64,000 bases of DNA from a virus. Made by a program: the position numbers and the translations under genes. This document shows, piece by piece, positions 28,714 through 38,024 of the stretch (position 1 is its first letter; each line of letters starts with the position of its first letter). The notes beneath the pieces were generated by a model. The model searched no databases. It had not been told where the DNA came from and was given only the letters and a program-made list of their open reading frames with translations. The stretch spans positions 11,942 through 75,941 of IMG/VR virus record IMGVR_UViG_3300008120_000061; one strand, written 5' to 3'.

Positions 28714-29410
28714 TTTGTTTTTCCTTATTGTTAATAGTAGTTGCTAAAGGGAAAATTTTAGAAATAGCTTTACCAATCTCTTTTGCAATTAGCATGTGTT
28801 CTTTTTGCGTTCCGTTTGCTGAACGAAGTTCAATGTAATGAATCCACGAACGAATAGTTCCTTGCATGTATAGACGACTTACAGTATTACCTTCTGGAAG
28901 TACCACACGAGCTTGTTCCTTGGCAATTCCAATTTCTGCACTTAAAGCCCAATCATATGCTTCTTTAGCTGCTTTAATTACTGCCTCTTGTCTACGACGC
29001 CACTCTCTATCAATATCTCTATAATATTCTCGAGTTAAATCCAACTCAACTGAATCTTGACGATTAGTCGGATGCTGGAGACGCGCTTCACGGATAACAA
29101 ACGACTCGCCAAGAGCATCAACTTCTTTATATCGCTGGCTAAACTCTTGAAAGGAGAATGAACGGTGACGTAACATTTGTCGAGCGATATCGCGAGTAGT
29201 TTCAATCTCCATAGTTGCACTAACCATTTCAAAAGGTGACCAGTGCTGATGTTTGATTAGATATCTTAGCAAACGATCTGAGCTATCAAACTGTTTCTGA
29301 AATTGAGGATTTGATACTTTAGCGCAATACGCAATAATATCTTGAATATCCTCAAGCCCTTCAATTTCGCTTTCGATTGGTTGGCTACATGCAAATAGTT
29401 TAACTTTCAT
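28703..29410 (-). CDS. thyX: Flavin-dependent thymidylate synthase
   Basis: 'HWSPFEM', 'RQMLRHRSFSFQEFSQRY', 'KEQARVVLP', 'TQKEH'. Confidence 0.97.
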   Translation of the reverse strand: MKVKLFACSQPIESEIEGLEDIQDIIAYCAKVSNPQFQKQFDSSDRLLRYLIKHQHWSPFEMVSATMEIETTRDIARQMLRHRSFSFQEFSQRYKEVDALGESFVIREARLQHPTNRQDSVELDLTREYYRDIDREWRRRQEAVIKAAKEAYDWALSAEIGIAKEQARVVLPEGNTVSRLYMQGTIRSWIHYIELRSANGTQKEHMLIAKEIGKAISKIFPLATTINNKEKQNDN

Positions 29411-29412
29411 TA

Positions 29413-30270
29413 TTACCCTTTTACAGCTTTATCCAACATGTCAATAATAAGATCTTGTTTTTCAACTGATCTCAACACGTCTTCAATATAGTCTAATAGA
29501 TTAATTAGTTTCTCATTTCTAGTTAGTGTGTCTACGCTTTTGTTTAGATTTTGAATATACTTAGCTTTTCCAACAATAGGTAAACTGTTAATCAGATTAT
29601 CTAGCGTTTTGTATTCTTTTACTAAGGCAATGCTACGCTTAGGACCAATCCCTTCTACCCCACTAATATTATCGCCAGAATCGCCTTCAATAATTCGAGC
29701 CATAGCGTATTCACGAGGTGTTAGTTCAAAATTATCTAGTAAATACTGTAAATCAATCTCTTTTCTAGAATACATATTAAAAATGCTTACATCTTCTTTA
29801 ATAAGCTGGTACAAATCCCTATCACTAGAAACAATCCAAGTGTGTGAGTATTTACTATTAAGATTTTTAGAAAAGTAAGCAATTAGATCGTCTGCTTCAA
29901 TGCCTTTAAACTTAAAGTGTTCGAATGGCAGAGCGTCAATAGTATCAGATAAACAGTTAAAGAACTCTGTAAAGCGTTCTTGATCTTCTTCACTACGTTC
30001 TACTTTTCTGTTAGCTTTGTATTCTGGAAATAGATTTTTTCTATATGCAGAAGCGCCTGAGTCAAAACAGCAAATAATGCGTTTAGCTTCATAACTTTTA
30101 CCAAGGCTAGTAACAGTTCTAATATAATCTTCTGTAAAATTATTATAATTCTTACGTTGTAAATATCTAAATGCTAGATTTACTCCGTCAATAAGCAATA
30201 GATTATTAGCATTTTCTACAGCTTTTTTAGCTTGCGTTAGTTCTGCAAGATCATCCCAATTTGTTACCAC
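29413..30270 (-). CDS. 5'-3' exonuclease / flap endonuclease (T5 D15-like)
   Basis: 'LLIDG', 'YKANR', 'EADD', 'SSDRDL', 'GDSGDNISGVEGIGPK'. Confidence 0.95.
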   Translation of the reverse strand: MVTNWDDLAELTQAKKAVENANNLLLIDGVNLAFRYLQRKNYNNFTEDYIRTVTSLGKSYEAKRIICCFDSGASAYRKNLFPEYKANRKVERSEEDQERFTEFFNCLSDTIDALPFEHFKFKGIEADDLIAYFSKNLNSKYSHTWIVSSDRDLYQLIKEDVSIFNMYSRKEIDLQYLLDNFELTPREYAMARIIEGDSGDNISGVEGIGPKRSIALVKEYKTLDNLINSLPIVGKAKYIQNLNKSVDTLTRNEKLINLLDYIEDVLRSVEKQDLIIDMLDKAVKG

Positions 30271-30301
30271 AATATTCCTCTTAAATTAATTATCATATGT
30301 A

Positions 30302-30330
30302 ATATTATCATATAAACTAGCGAGTAGCAA
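30302..30330 (-). promoter_or_regulatory. Sigma70-type promoter for D15/thyX
   Basis: Minus strand TTGCTA-N17-TAATAT with TG extension. Confidence 0.6.
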
Positions 30331-30336
30331 GAATAA

Positions 30337-30789
30337 TTATGAATTGCCTTTAAGCTTTATCTGAGCTTTAGGAATCCAATCATCTAATAAACCCATTTTA
30401 AATTCACAATCTGCACTCTTTATAAATAGATAATTGTTTATTTTAATATCATCATCTATCCAACATACATAGTTCTTGCTTCTATCCCATCTATATATTA
30501 GTAGTGGTAACTTTTTCATTACAGCAGCTTCTCTAGTAGTTTGTCTCCAAAAATCTAGCAGTAGCGAGCTTTTAGCTGTTAGAACGTTATTCCAAGGCAC
30601 TTCTTTGTGGTGCTTAGCTTCTATACACCAAGGAAAATCAGGTTTCCAAGGTGCATAAACATCACCTTTTAAATAAGAAAGAGCGCCCGATAAAGGCACT
30701 CTTTCAAATTGTGTTTTAAAAGCATCTGTGAATATATCTCTTACAACATATTCATAAGTCCTGCCCTTAGTTTTACTTAAATTTGACAT
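30337..30789 (-). CDS. Holliday-junction-resolvase-like nuclease (T5 D14-like)
   Basis: 'SKTKGRTYE', 'RVPLSGA..LKGD', 'IEAKH'; upstream of D15. Confidence 0.85.
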   Translation of the reverse strand: MSNLSKTKGRTYEYVVRDIFTDAFKTQFERVPLSGALSYLKGDVYAPWKPDFPWCIEAKHHKEVPWNNVLTAKSSLLLDFWRQTTREAAVMKKLPLLIYRWDRSKNYVCWIDDDIKINNYLFIKSADCEFKMGLLDDWIPKAQIKLKGNS

Positions 30790-30807
30790 AAATTACTCCT
30801 TAGCTTA

Positions 30808-30836
30808 AAGATAGCAATTTATAAGCTAAGAGTCAA
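30808..30836 (-). promoter_or_regulatory. Sigma70-type promoter for D14
   Basis: Minus strand TTGACT-N17-TATCTT with TG extension. Confidence 0.65.
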
Positions 30837-30845
30837 AAAAGTTTT

Positions 30846-31073
30846 TTAAATAGTTTGCTCAAAGTATTTTACTAAATCGTCATATCCGCCAATACGAACA
30901 TCTCCAAGATATATTTGAGGAACTGTTTTTACTTCTGGATACCTAGCAAGCAGTTCGAGCCTGAGTTCTGGAGTTTCAATGTTTTTCTCTAGAAACTCAA
31001 TACTCTTACTGCTTAGTAGTTGTTTTGCTTTTACACAATATGAGCAAGTGCTTTTTGTATAAACTGTAAACAT
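30846..31073 (-). CDS. Glutaredoxin
   Basis: CSYC, 'TVPQI', 'IGGYDDL'; adjacent to the reductase. Confidence 0.93.
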   Translation of the reverse strand: MFTVYTKSTCSYCVKAKQLLSSKSIEFLEKNIETPELRLELLARYPEVKTVPQIYLGDVRIGGYDDLVKYFEQTI

Positions 31074-31076
31074 AGT

Positions 31077-33200
31077 TTAGATAGCGCAACCTGTGCTATC
31101 ACAGAACTTATTAGCATTAGCATCTTCACCTTCCGCAGTTAGGGTGCTAAAGTCTAGAGGCAATAGAGTTGCGGCATAAGCTTCAATTTCTTCTCTAGGA
31201 GTAGAAATATATGGAGCTTGTGCATAACCATGATCGCTAAGCGGTAGTAAGCTAACTCCTTTTAGCTGCTTGTCAAAACAACTTAAAGCTCTAGCAATTT
31301 GAGACTTTTCATGTTCTCTAAAAGTGATAGTAATACTTACTTGGTTATCACTCCACTCACGCTGTAGATCAACAGCATTAGCAAATTGTTCCCAAATACT
31401 AACATCTTTATTGCTGATAGTACCTTTTTCATGTAGAACTGGGAAGTAAACTATAGAAGTTCTTGTAGGATCGCTAACTGCTGGTTCAATTCTGTAGTTA
31501 GCAGCTTGCATAATTGGTAGCAGTTCGCTTGTGTTAGAAACTCTAACTGTTCTATAGTAGCTTTCTGCTTCTGCGTGGTGAATACCAGGTAAAGCTCCTG
31601 CTACTAACGAAACTGTTCCACTTGGCTTTACGCTAGTCTTCTTAACAGAAAGAGGACTGCCTAGCCATTCAGAATACTTCTGATCTAAGTAGTTAACATA
31701 GTTGTAAGCTCTGTCACAGAATTCGTCTAGATACTTACGTCTTCCAAACTTTAGAATTGCTTCTTGAATACCGCTCTGAGAAGTGCCAATTCTACGATTA
31801 CGCTTAATAACGTCATTAGTTTCTCTCCAGTGAGTAGGAACTAATGTAACTGTTTTAGCGTATAGATATGCAAATTTTAGAGTACGCTGGAAGTCCCAAT
31901 AATCATTATGTTTTGCTGGGTAGGTTTCAACTAAGCAGCATAGTTCGTATGGCTCTAGTGACTGTTCTAAGCAAGGATTACCTCCGCGAACTCTGCTATC
32001 TTTCCAGTCAGCTGGATCTTTCATGCGTCCGTAAGCTTGCATATTTTCTAACCATGCAAATCCTGGCTCACCATTTACAGCAATGCTTTCAGCTGGTGCA
32101 GTATAATCCATACCTACTTTTGCAAATAGAGAGTTGTTAGATGCCCAACGCCATCCGCCGAACTTGTATGCCCAAATCTTATCCGAGTATTTTTTAGCGA
32201 TTACAGCTCTTGAGTTCCAATCACTGTTATAAGTGTTATAATCTTCTTCGTTAAGCTCTTTTAGCTCAATAGGTGCTATGGAACCAGTTTCAACTCCAAA
32301 CTGTTGCCAGTCTTTCATCTTAGTAAATTCTTCATCTTCAGGTTCGCCAAATGCAATTTCTGCTGTACGACGAACGTTACCCGCTACTACAATTTTACCA
32401 ATAATGTTCATAATATCAGTAATATCTACAGAGGTTAGTAGTGGATTATCACTTACAGCACGCTTTTCTAGTACATCACGAATACCATTAAATCCTTGTA
32501 CTAGCGGTTCTGGTCCAGAAGCTACACCACCAAATCCCTTAATAGGTTCGCCATAAGCACGAACTAAGCTAGTATCAGGAATTACAGGATTAGAACCTTC
32601 TTCCAAGTAAGAATCGATTAAGCAAGAAATTAGCTCTACCCAGCCTTCACGACTATCTTCTACAGTAATAAGTTCTGCATCGCCCTGCGGCACATAAGAA
32701 GCTACTTTACCTGCTCCTTTAGTATCAAAACCTACCCCAACTCCAACCATGCTCATATCCATTAAGAATGCGAATGGTTTAGATAGTTCTGCATCAATAT
32801 TTTCAGTACTAACAAAAGCACAGTTATTTAGGCAAGCTCCGCCTTTTTCCCACACAAAGTCAGTACCCATCATCCATAGTCCGCGACCTGGAGGAGTCCA
32901 TTTAAATGTGTATAGTCTAGTAGCTGCTTCTTCTGCTAGTTTATGGCCGCGCTTTTCATCCCAAGTATGACCAGAAGTTAATGAGTGTGTTTTTAAAATA
33001 GAAAACATACCTTCAATAACGCGTACTACGCACTCTGACCATGTTTCTAGTTTACCGTTATCCTTTTTTCTTGCATACGTTCTGTAGTATGTAAAAGCAG
33101 ATAAACCGCCGTAGCCCCAGCTTACCGGAGTGTTATATAGTTCATCCTTAAAGTTTTGTTTTAGTTGGAATTTAATTGGATTTTTTCCAATAGTAATCAT
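31077..33200 (-). CDS. nrdJ: Class II (adenosylcobalamin-dependent) ribonucleotide reductase
   Basis: 'YYRTYAR', 'PPGRGLW', 'LNNCAF', 'AGNVRRTAEI', 'GGNPCLEQSL', 'VKPSGT', C-term 'FCDSTGC'; no beta-subunit gene. Confidence 0.93.
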   Translation of the reverse strand: MITIGKNPIKFQLKQNFKDELYNTPVSWGYGGLSAFTYYRTYARKKDNGKLETWSECVVRVIEGMFSILKTHSLTSGHTWDEKRGHKLAEEAATRLYTFKWTPPGRGLWMMGTDFVWEKGGACLNNCAFVSTENIDAELSKPFAFLMDMSMVGVGVGFDTKGAGKVASYVPQGDAELITVEDSREGWVELISCLIDSYLEEGSNPVIPDTSLVRAYGEPIKGFGGVASGPEPLVQGFNGIRDVLEKRAVSDNPLLTSVDITDIMNIIGKIVVAGNVRRTAEIAFGEPEDEEFTKMKDWQQFGVETGSIAPIELKELNEEDYNTYNSDWNSRAVIAKKYSDKIWAYKFGGWRWASNNSLFAKVGMDYTAPAESIAVNGEPGFAWLENMQAYGRMKDPADWKDSRVRGGNPCLEQSLEPYELCCLVETYPAKHNDYWDFQRTLKFAYLYAKTVTLVPTHWRETNDVIKRNRRIGTSQSGIQEAILKFGRRKYLDEFCDRAYNYVNYLDQKYSEWLGSPLSVKKTSVKPSGTVSLVAGALPGIHHAEAESYYRTVRVSNTSELLPIMQAANYRIEPAVSDPTRTSIVYFPVLHEKGTISNKDVSIWEQFANAVDLQREWSDNQVSITITFREHEKSQIARALSCFDKQLKGVSLLPLSDHGYAQAPYISTPREEIEAYAATLLPLDFSTLTAEGEDANANKFCDSTGCAI

Positions 33201-33219
33201 TTAGTTTCTCCTTACGCAT

Positions 33220-33253
33220 AAAAGAATCTATCCGCCCCCTCAAGAGCGGATAG
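33220..33253 (-). terminator. Hairpin/terminator between sbcC and nrdJ
   Basis: Minus strand CTATCCGC-TCTTGAGGGG-GCGGATAG followed by ATTCTTTT. Confidence 0.65.
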
Positions 33254-35069
33254 TGCTTATATTATTTGTTTTCTCAATCTCTATCCGTGGTATTAGAGGG
33301 TGAGAGTAGTCATGTGATATTAAAAACACATTTAAGTCTTTTTCTTCTTGTAGCACCTCGAAAAGACGTTCTTTACCAGTTTCGTCTAGTACGCCTGTTA
33401 TTTCGTCTAGAAATAGTAGGTTTATACTTTTTCCACCTATTTTTGAAAGTGTACCTCTAACAGCTAACAATACAGAAGTTTGTACTCTAGAAAATTCTCC
33501 GCCTGAAAGAGACTCTATACTAACTTCTTCACCGTTATTAATTACTACAATGTTTAACTTATCACCTGTTAGTCTAAATAGGACTTGAAACTGTCCATCG
33601 CTTAGAAGCGCTAGATAATAATTAATACTCTCTTCAAGTTGTTTAGCCACATTTTCAAGTTTGTAGGCAACTATTCCAGAAGTAGAGAAAGCTTTTCTTA
33701 ATATAGTTAAGTTACTTATCTCTTCTTGAATAATAACTATATCATTTTTTATTAGCTCTTGTCTAGCTTTAAAATCTCTAATTTGCTCTTTTAGGGCATC
33801 TATCTTAGCATTTCTGATTTTTACGCTATCGTTGTAAGTTATAGCTTCGTCTCTAGTTTTCTTTTGAGATTCGTATTTATTTTTTAACTCTCTTAACTTA
33901 TTTGATATATTATTAAAATCTGGATATTCTTTAGGTATGCTAATATCAATCAACTGAGATAGCTGAGTGAATCTATCTATAGCCTTTTGATTATCGTCAT
34001 AAGCTTTTTTCTCTGCCTTATTCTTAGTTACTTTAGAGTTTAGTCTTTCAATTACTTTATTTCTAGCAATCATGGACGTATCTAAGTCAGCTATTTCAGC
34101 AGCTAGTGCAGCGCTTAACTGAGTAGCCTTAGAGTTATCAATTGCTTGTTTACACGCGTAGCAATGGTCAGACGTATCTAAAGCTTTAATATCCTTTACA
34201 GCTTTGGCTTTTTGCGATTCTTCTTTATATACTAAGCTTTTTTCTTCTTCTAAAACTTTTACAATCTCAGTATCTAGCTCTGTATAAGTCATACCAATAT
34301 CAAACTTTAAAACTTGTTGTTCTTGTATATACAGATTATTTTTATCAATTTTAGTGCATATAGACTTTTGTTCATTAATTTCGGATTGTAACTTATCTAT
34401 TTCAGGTAATATTGATTCATCTAAGTTTGGAACTTCAATCAACTCAGCTCTTTCGGGCAATTGATTCTGAGATAGGAACTGTTGAACGGTCTTAAGTTCG
34501 CCATTCTTACCAGCTAGTTCTTTTTCTTTAGCGCTGTTAAGAGTTTTTAGATTATCACCAATATCTAAGTACTTAGATAGATTAAATAGATTAACTAAGA
34601 ATTTTTTTCTATTCGTATCCGTAGCTTTTAGAAATTCTAATAAATCAGTGCTACTTTGATATGTTAGTTGACTGAACGTTTCAAAATCTCTACCAATCGA
34701 ATTAGATAGTTCTTTGTATGTATCTAAGACTTTATGCTCACTAACATCTCCCCCATTTTTTATAATAGATACTTTAGTAGATGCACCCTGTCTTTTAGAA
34801 GTCAATTCGTATTCGTCACTATCAATACTAAATACAAGCTTAGCTTCCCAGGTCTTTGCATTATTGTATTTATTCAATATATCAGACTTCTTTAAACCTT
34901 TTACATTTTTATTGTACAGTAGTTCTTGAATTATTAATGCTAGAGAGCTTTTACCGCTGCCGTTAGGAGCGGCTAATTGTGTTATTTTATTTTGATTTAG
35001 TATTAGTTTATTATTAGGACCATAACTAAACATATTACTAAATTCTAGTGTCTTTAATACTACGCCCAT
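33240..35069 (-). CDS. sbcC: SbcC/Rad50-like recombination ATPase (T5 D13-like)
   Basis: Walker A 'APNGSGKS', coiled coil with CYAC zinc hook, 'LSGGE', 'LFLDE', 'ISH'. Confidence 0.93.
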   Translation of the reverse strand: MGVVLKTLEFSNMFSYGPNNKLILNQNKITQLAAPNGSGKSSLALIIQELLYNKNVKGLKKSDILNKYNNAKTWEAKLVFSIDSDEYELTSKRQGASTKVSIIKNGGDVSEHKVLDTYKELSNSIGRDFETFSQLTYQSSTDLLEFLKATDTNRKKFLVNLFNLSKYLDIGDNLKTLNSAKEKELAGKNGELKTVQQFLSQNQLPERAELIEVPNLDESILPEIDKLQSEINEQKSICTKIDKNNLYIQEQQVLKFDIGMTYTELDTEIVKVLEEEKSLVYKEESQKAKAVKDIKALDTSDHCYACKQAIDNSKATQLSAALAAEIADLDTSMIARNKVIERLNSKVTKNKAEKKAYDDNQKAIDRFTQLSQLIDISIPKEYPDFNNISNKLRELKNKYESQKKTRDEAITYNDSVKIRNAKIDALKEQIRDFKARQELIKNDIVIIQEEISNLTILRKAFSTSGIVAYKLENVAKQLEESINYYLALLSDGQFQVLFRLTGDKLNIVVINNGEEVSIESLSGGEFSRVQTSVLLAVRGTLSKIGGKSINLLFLDEITGVLDETGKERLFEVLQEEKDLNVFLISHDYSHPLIPRIEIEKTNNISTIRS

Positions 35070-36028
35070 TATTTTATACCTAATTTAGAGAATAGCTCAA
35101 GTACGCTATTTTTATTGTCTACTTTAATAAAATCTAAATACAAACTAAGCTCTTCTAATAATGATTTATCAGTTAAGTCTAACACAGAGTTTTCTGAAGG
35201 CTTATCTGCAATCTTTTTATCAAGCAGTTCATGATTTTTAATTTTACTTAGATTATCTATTGTACCAGTAACTTCATAGACGACATGGTGAAACTTATCT
35301 GCTACTAGTTCAGTTGAGACATCTACTGTTTTTCTTATAAGCTTAGGTAGTTCTAAATCTACAAATTCAATAGAATAGTTTTTATCGTCTATATAGTTTA
35401 TAATATTTACACCATACGCTCTACTGGCATCCCTATCAAATGTTGTATTAACAGGGCTCCCAGAATAGTACACATTATAATCTTTATACCTATGATTAAA
35501 ATGCAAATCGCCTAATAGTGTTAATGGCCAAGGCTTCAACTTATCAAAATCAAATTCTGCAGTGATGTGTGGAGGAACTTCTCCGCGAATATGAGTTATA
35601 AGTATATCGCCTTCTACATATGTAGGAATATTACCTACTTGCATTTCTCCATAAGGAAACAGCTGAAAGCCTTGACCATTAATTACTGTTCTAGCGTTTT
35701 TTGTGTGTAGTATGAAGTTATTATTGTTAATAGCATTTTCAGTTTCAAAGTGTTCTAAAAATGTATTACCTTTTGTAGACGCTTCATGATTACCTGGTAT
35801 TGCTAAAGTAGGCTTTGTAACAGAGTTAGCATAGCTTAGAAATACACATATTTCATCTGTCTCTGGTTTTTTGTCAAATATATCCCCAGCTAGAACAACA
35901 ACATCACAGTCTTGTTCTAGTTCTAACAGTTTCTGAAATAGTGCATTGAATCTATTTAATTGCCACTCATACGGAATCTTCTTTTTGTGAAGATTTATAT
36001 GAATATCTGCTACATGTAGTATTTTCAT
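35069..36028 (-). CDS. sbcD: SbcD/Mre11-like nuclease (T5 D12-like)
   Basis: 'ADIH', 'AGDIFD', 'PGNHE', 'GDLH', 'YSGSP'. Confidence 0.93.
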   Translation of the reverse strand: MKILHVADIHINLHKKKIPYEWQLNRFNALFQKLLELEQDCDVVVLAGDIFDKKPETDEICVFLSYANSVTKPTLAIPGNHEASTKGNTFLEHFETENAINNNNFILHTKNARTVINGQGFQLFPYGEMQVGNIPTYVEGDILITHIRGEVPPHITAEFDFDKLKPWPLTLLGDLHFNHRYKDYNVYYSGSPVNTTFDRDASRAYGVNIINYIDDKNYSIEFVDLELPKLIRKTVDVSTELVADKFHHVVYEVTGTIDNLSKIKNHELLDKKIADKPSENSVLDLTDKSLLEELSLYLDFIKVDNKNSVLELFSKLGIK

Positions 36029-36921
36029 TATGCCCTTTGCAATATGTTTGCTAGATTACCTTCAAATGTATAACTACCTACGTGATTTAGTTTAGTATTT
36101 GGGTCTACCCAAATCTCTCCGCCCATACGTTGCCATCTACGGCAGAACGCATAGTCTTCTGATAGATAGCGCCTATCAGTAGGATCAATTTCAGTATCCC
36201 AGAAAGCATAGCAATGTGGGTTAAACTTTGGATCAATAGATGAGTCGTTTTTATAATGAAGATCTGGATATTCTTTTACCATGCGTTCAATAACTTCGCG
36301 CTTTACGATAAAGAAACCGGTAGAAGCATCTAAAACTTCTACAGCACCCATATGAGTTCTTACTCGTCTGGTTTCAGGATCAGCTTTTAGATTGATAGCA
36401 TAATCAGCACCATAAGTAGCTATCTGATCAGTTTTTCCTGATTGTACTGCGTTTTGAACTTGACCCCAGTTTATTGTTTTCTTAGGGTATGCTCCTGCAA
36501 TAATATCTTTATCCATAGCAAGCATTCTAATAACTGCATCAGGATCAAATTCGATATCAGCATCAATAAACATTAGATGAGTGCAGCTTCTATCTTCTAA
36601 GAACATAGCTGTTAGAATATTTCTAGCACGAGTTACTAGACTCTCATTTCTTAATGTGGTAATTCTAAAACGAATTCCATGCTGCATAAGAACTTGAGAC
36701 ATTCTGAACATACTTAAAAAGTATTGGTCAGTTACAGCTCCACCATAGCATGGAGTTGCAAAAAAGATATTCATTTTCCTTAAAAAATTCATATCAATAG
36801 TTACTTTATCCCCATCAATAGAGCTAAATCCAGCAGGTAGCTGGTTAGTATCAGACGGAGTAGTCGGGGCTCTTTCAAGCCCCGAATTTGCTGCTAAATC
36901 TTTTAAGGATTTCTTACTCAT
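36028..36921 (-). CDS. GT-A fold glycosyltransferase-like protein
   Basis: 'FFATPCYGG', 'SLVTRARN', DxD in 'LMFIDADI', 'YLSEDYAFC'. Confidence 0.75.
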   Translation of the reverse strand: MSKKSLKDLAANSGLERAPTTPSDTNQLPAGFSSIDGDKVTIDMNFLRKMNIFFATPCYGGAVTDQYFLSMFRMSQVLMQHGIRFRITTLRNESLVTRARNILTAMFLEDRSCTHLMFIDADIEFDPDAVIRMLAMDKDIIAGAYPKKTINWGQVQNAVQSGKTDQIATYGADYAINLKADPETRRVRTHMGAVEVLDASTGFFIVKREVIERMVKEYPDLHYKNDSSIDPKFNPHCYAFWDTEIDPTDRRYLSEDYAFCRRWQRMGGEIWVDPNTKLNHVGSYTFEGNLANILQRA

Positions 36922-37571
36922 AGATCTTCCATTCCCTCAGTGCTATTAAGATCTCCTGCAACTTCTTCTGTGAAGTAAGTAGTGTTCTTCAGTAGCCATT
37001 CTTTTTGTTCTTCGTAAGTTTGGCGCTTGAAAATAGTATCAAGGCTAAACAGTTCCATATCTTTTTCATCTTTAGTCAAGGGTATGGTATTGCGACTAGG
37101 CATAACTGTATATTTTACGTTTTGTGGTTGTGGCCCAGTTTTTTCACGTTTAATCGTAATATCGTAGCCATTATCAGGATCAGCAGGGCTACCATAGTCG
37201 GGGTTTGTAGCATAGTCTACCAATTGCTTATAGATAGTAGTTTTAAGATCCAATAGCTTAGGCTTGCCATCTTTTCTGTCGATTACGTTACAGATATAAG
37301 CAAATTGAGGCTTTTCTGAGTAGATATAATCAGGCAATTCTTTAATAGGATCTCTGCTAGAATTAAATTGCTCAGTCTCTCTATCGAAGCTCAAGCATTC
37401 AAGAGGATATTTTTTACCTTCATTTGTTACTACCCAATAAACATAACGAGGCATAACAGGTCCGACGAATCGTACTCTTGTTTCAGCTCCGTCAATACGA
37501 ATTCTTTCAATATCGCGTGAGTTGTTAGATTGTGCTTGTGGTTTTTTAAGTTGTGTCCAGTCTCTTCCCAT
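36918..37571 (-). CDS. Single-stranded DNA-binding protein (T5 D11-like)
   Basis: 'MPRYVYW', 'ECLSFDRETEQF', 'KTGPQPQNVKY', acidic C-terminus. Confidence 0.85.
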   Translation of the reverse strand: MGRDWTQLKKPQAQSNNSRDIERIRIDGAETRVRFVGPVMPRYVYWVVTNEGKKYPLECLSFDRETEQFNSSRDPIKELPDYIYSEKPQFAYICNVIDRKDGKPKLLDLKTTIYKQLVDYATNPDYGSPADPDNGYDITIKREKTGPQPQNVKYTVMPSRNTIPLTKDEKDMELFSLDTIFKRQTYEEQKEWLLKNTTYFTEEVAGDLNSTEGMEDL

Positions 37572-37573
37572 AT

Positions 37574-38005
37574 TTAGTTCTCCAGTGGAAATGTGATTTT
37601 ATCTTTGATTTTTCTTATCAAAGGGTTTGTGTGGTATTGTGGTTCTACGTAGTGTTCAGGTATCCAGTTGTTTTTATTTACTATAGATCTCTGACTTAAA
37701 ATATATAAATAATCGCTTTTTTCTTTAGCTGTAAATCTCATGTGTAAAAAAGAACAATCACGTATATAGCTTTGTGGTTCAATTGTTTTGTAGTGAGAGA
37801 ATACTCCAGTCCTATAAACTCCTATATATCCATAGTTAACCAAAGTACTCGGCATTTTAGTTAGTATTAGCTTTTTGCGTAATAACTCTAAACTACCAGA
37901 TAATTGTTTTTTAGTTCCTATACATAGGGCGAATATCAGAATAAGCTGCGATTCTGGTACTGTTGTTATAGAGTTTATCTCACACCAATTGTATTGTACT
38001 ACCAT
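37574..38005 (-). CDS. Hypothetical protein (positional equivalent of the T5 ORF upstream of D11)
   Basis: Synteny; ends 'TNPLIR..ITFPLE'. Confidence 0.55.
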   Translation of the reverse strand: MVVQYNWCEINSITTVPESQLILIFALCIGTKKQLSGSLELLRKKLILTKMPSTLVNYGYIGVYRTGVFSHYKTIEPQSYIRDCSFLHMRFTAKEKSDYLYILSQRSIVNKNNWIPEHYVEPQYHTNPLIRKIKDKITFPLEN

Positions 38006-38024
38006 AATATAATTTTAAATAGCA

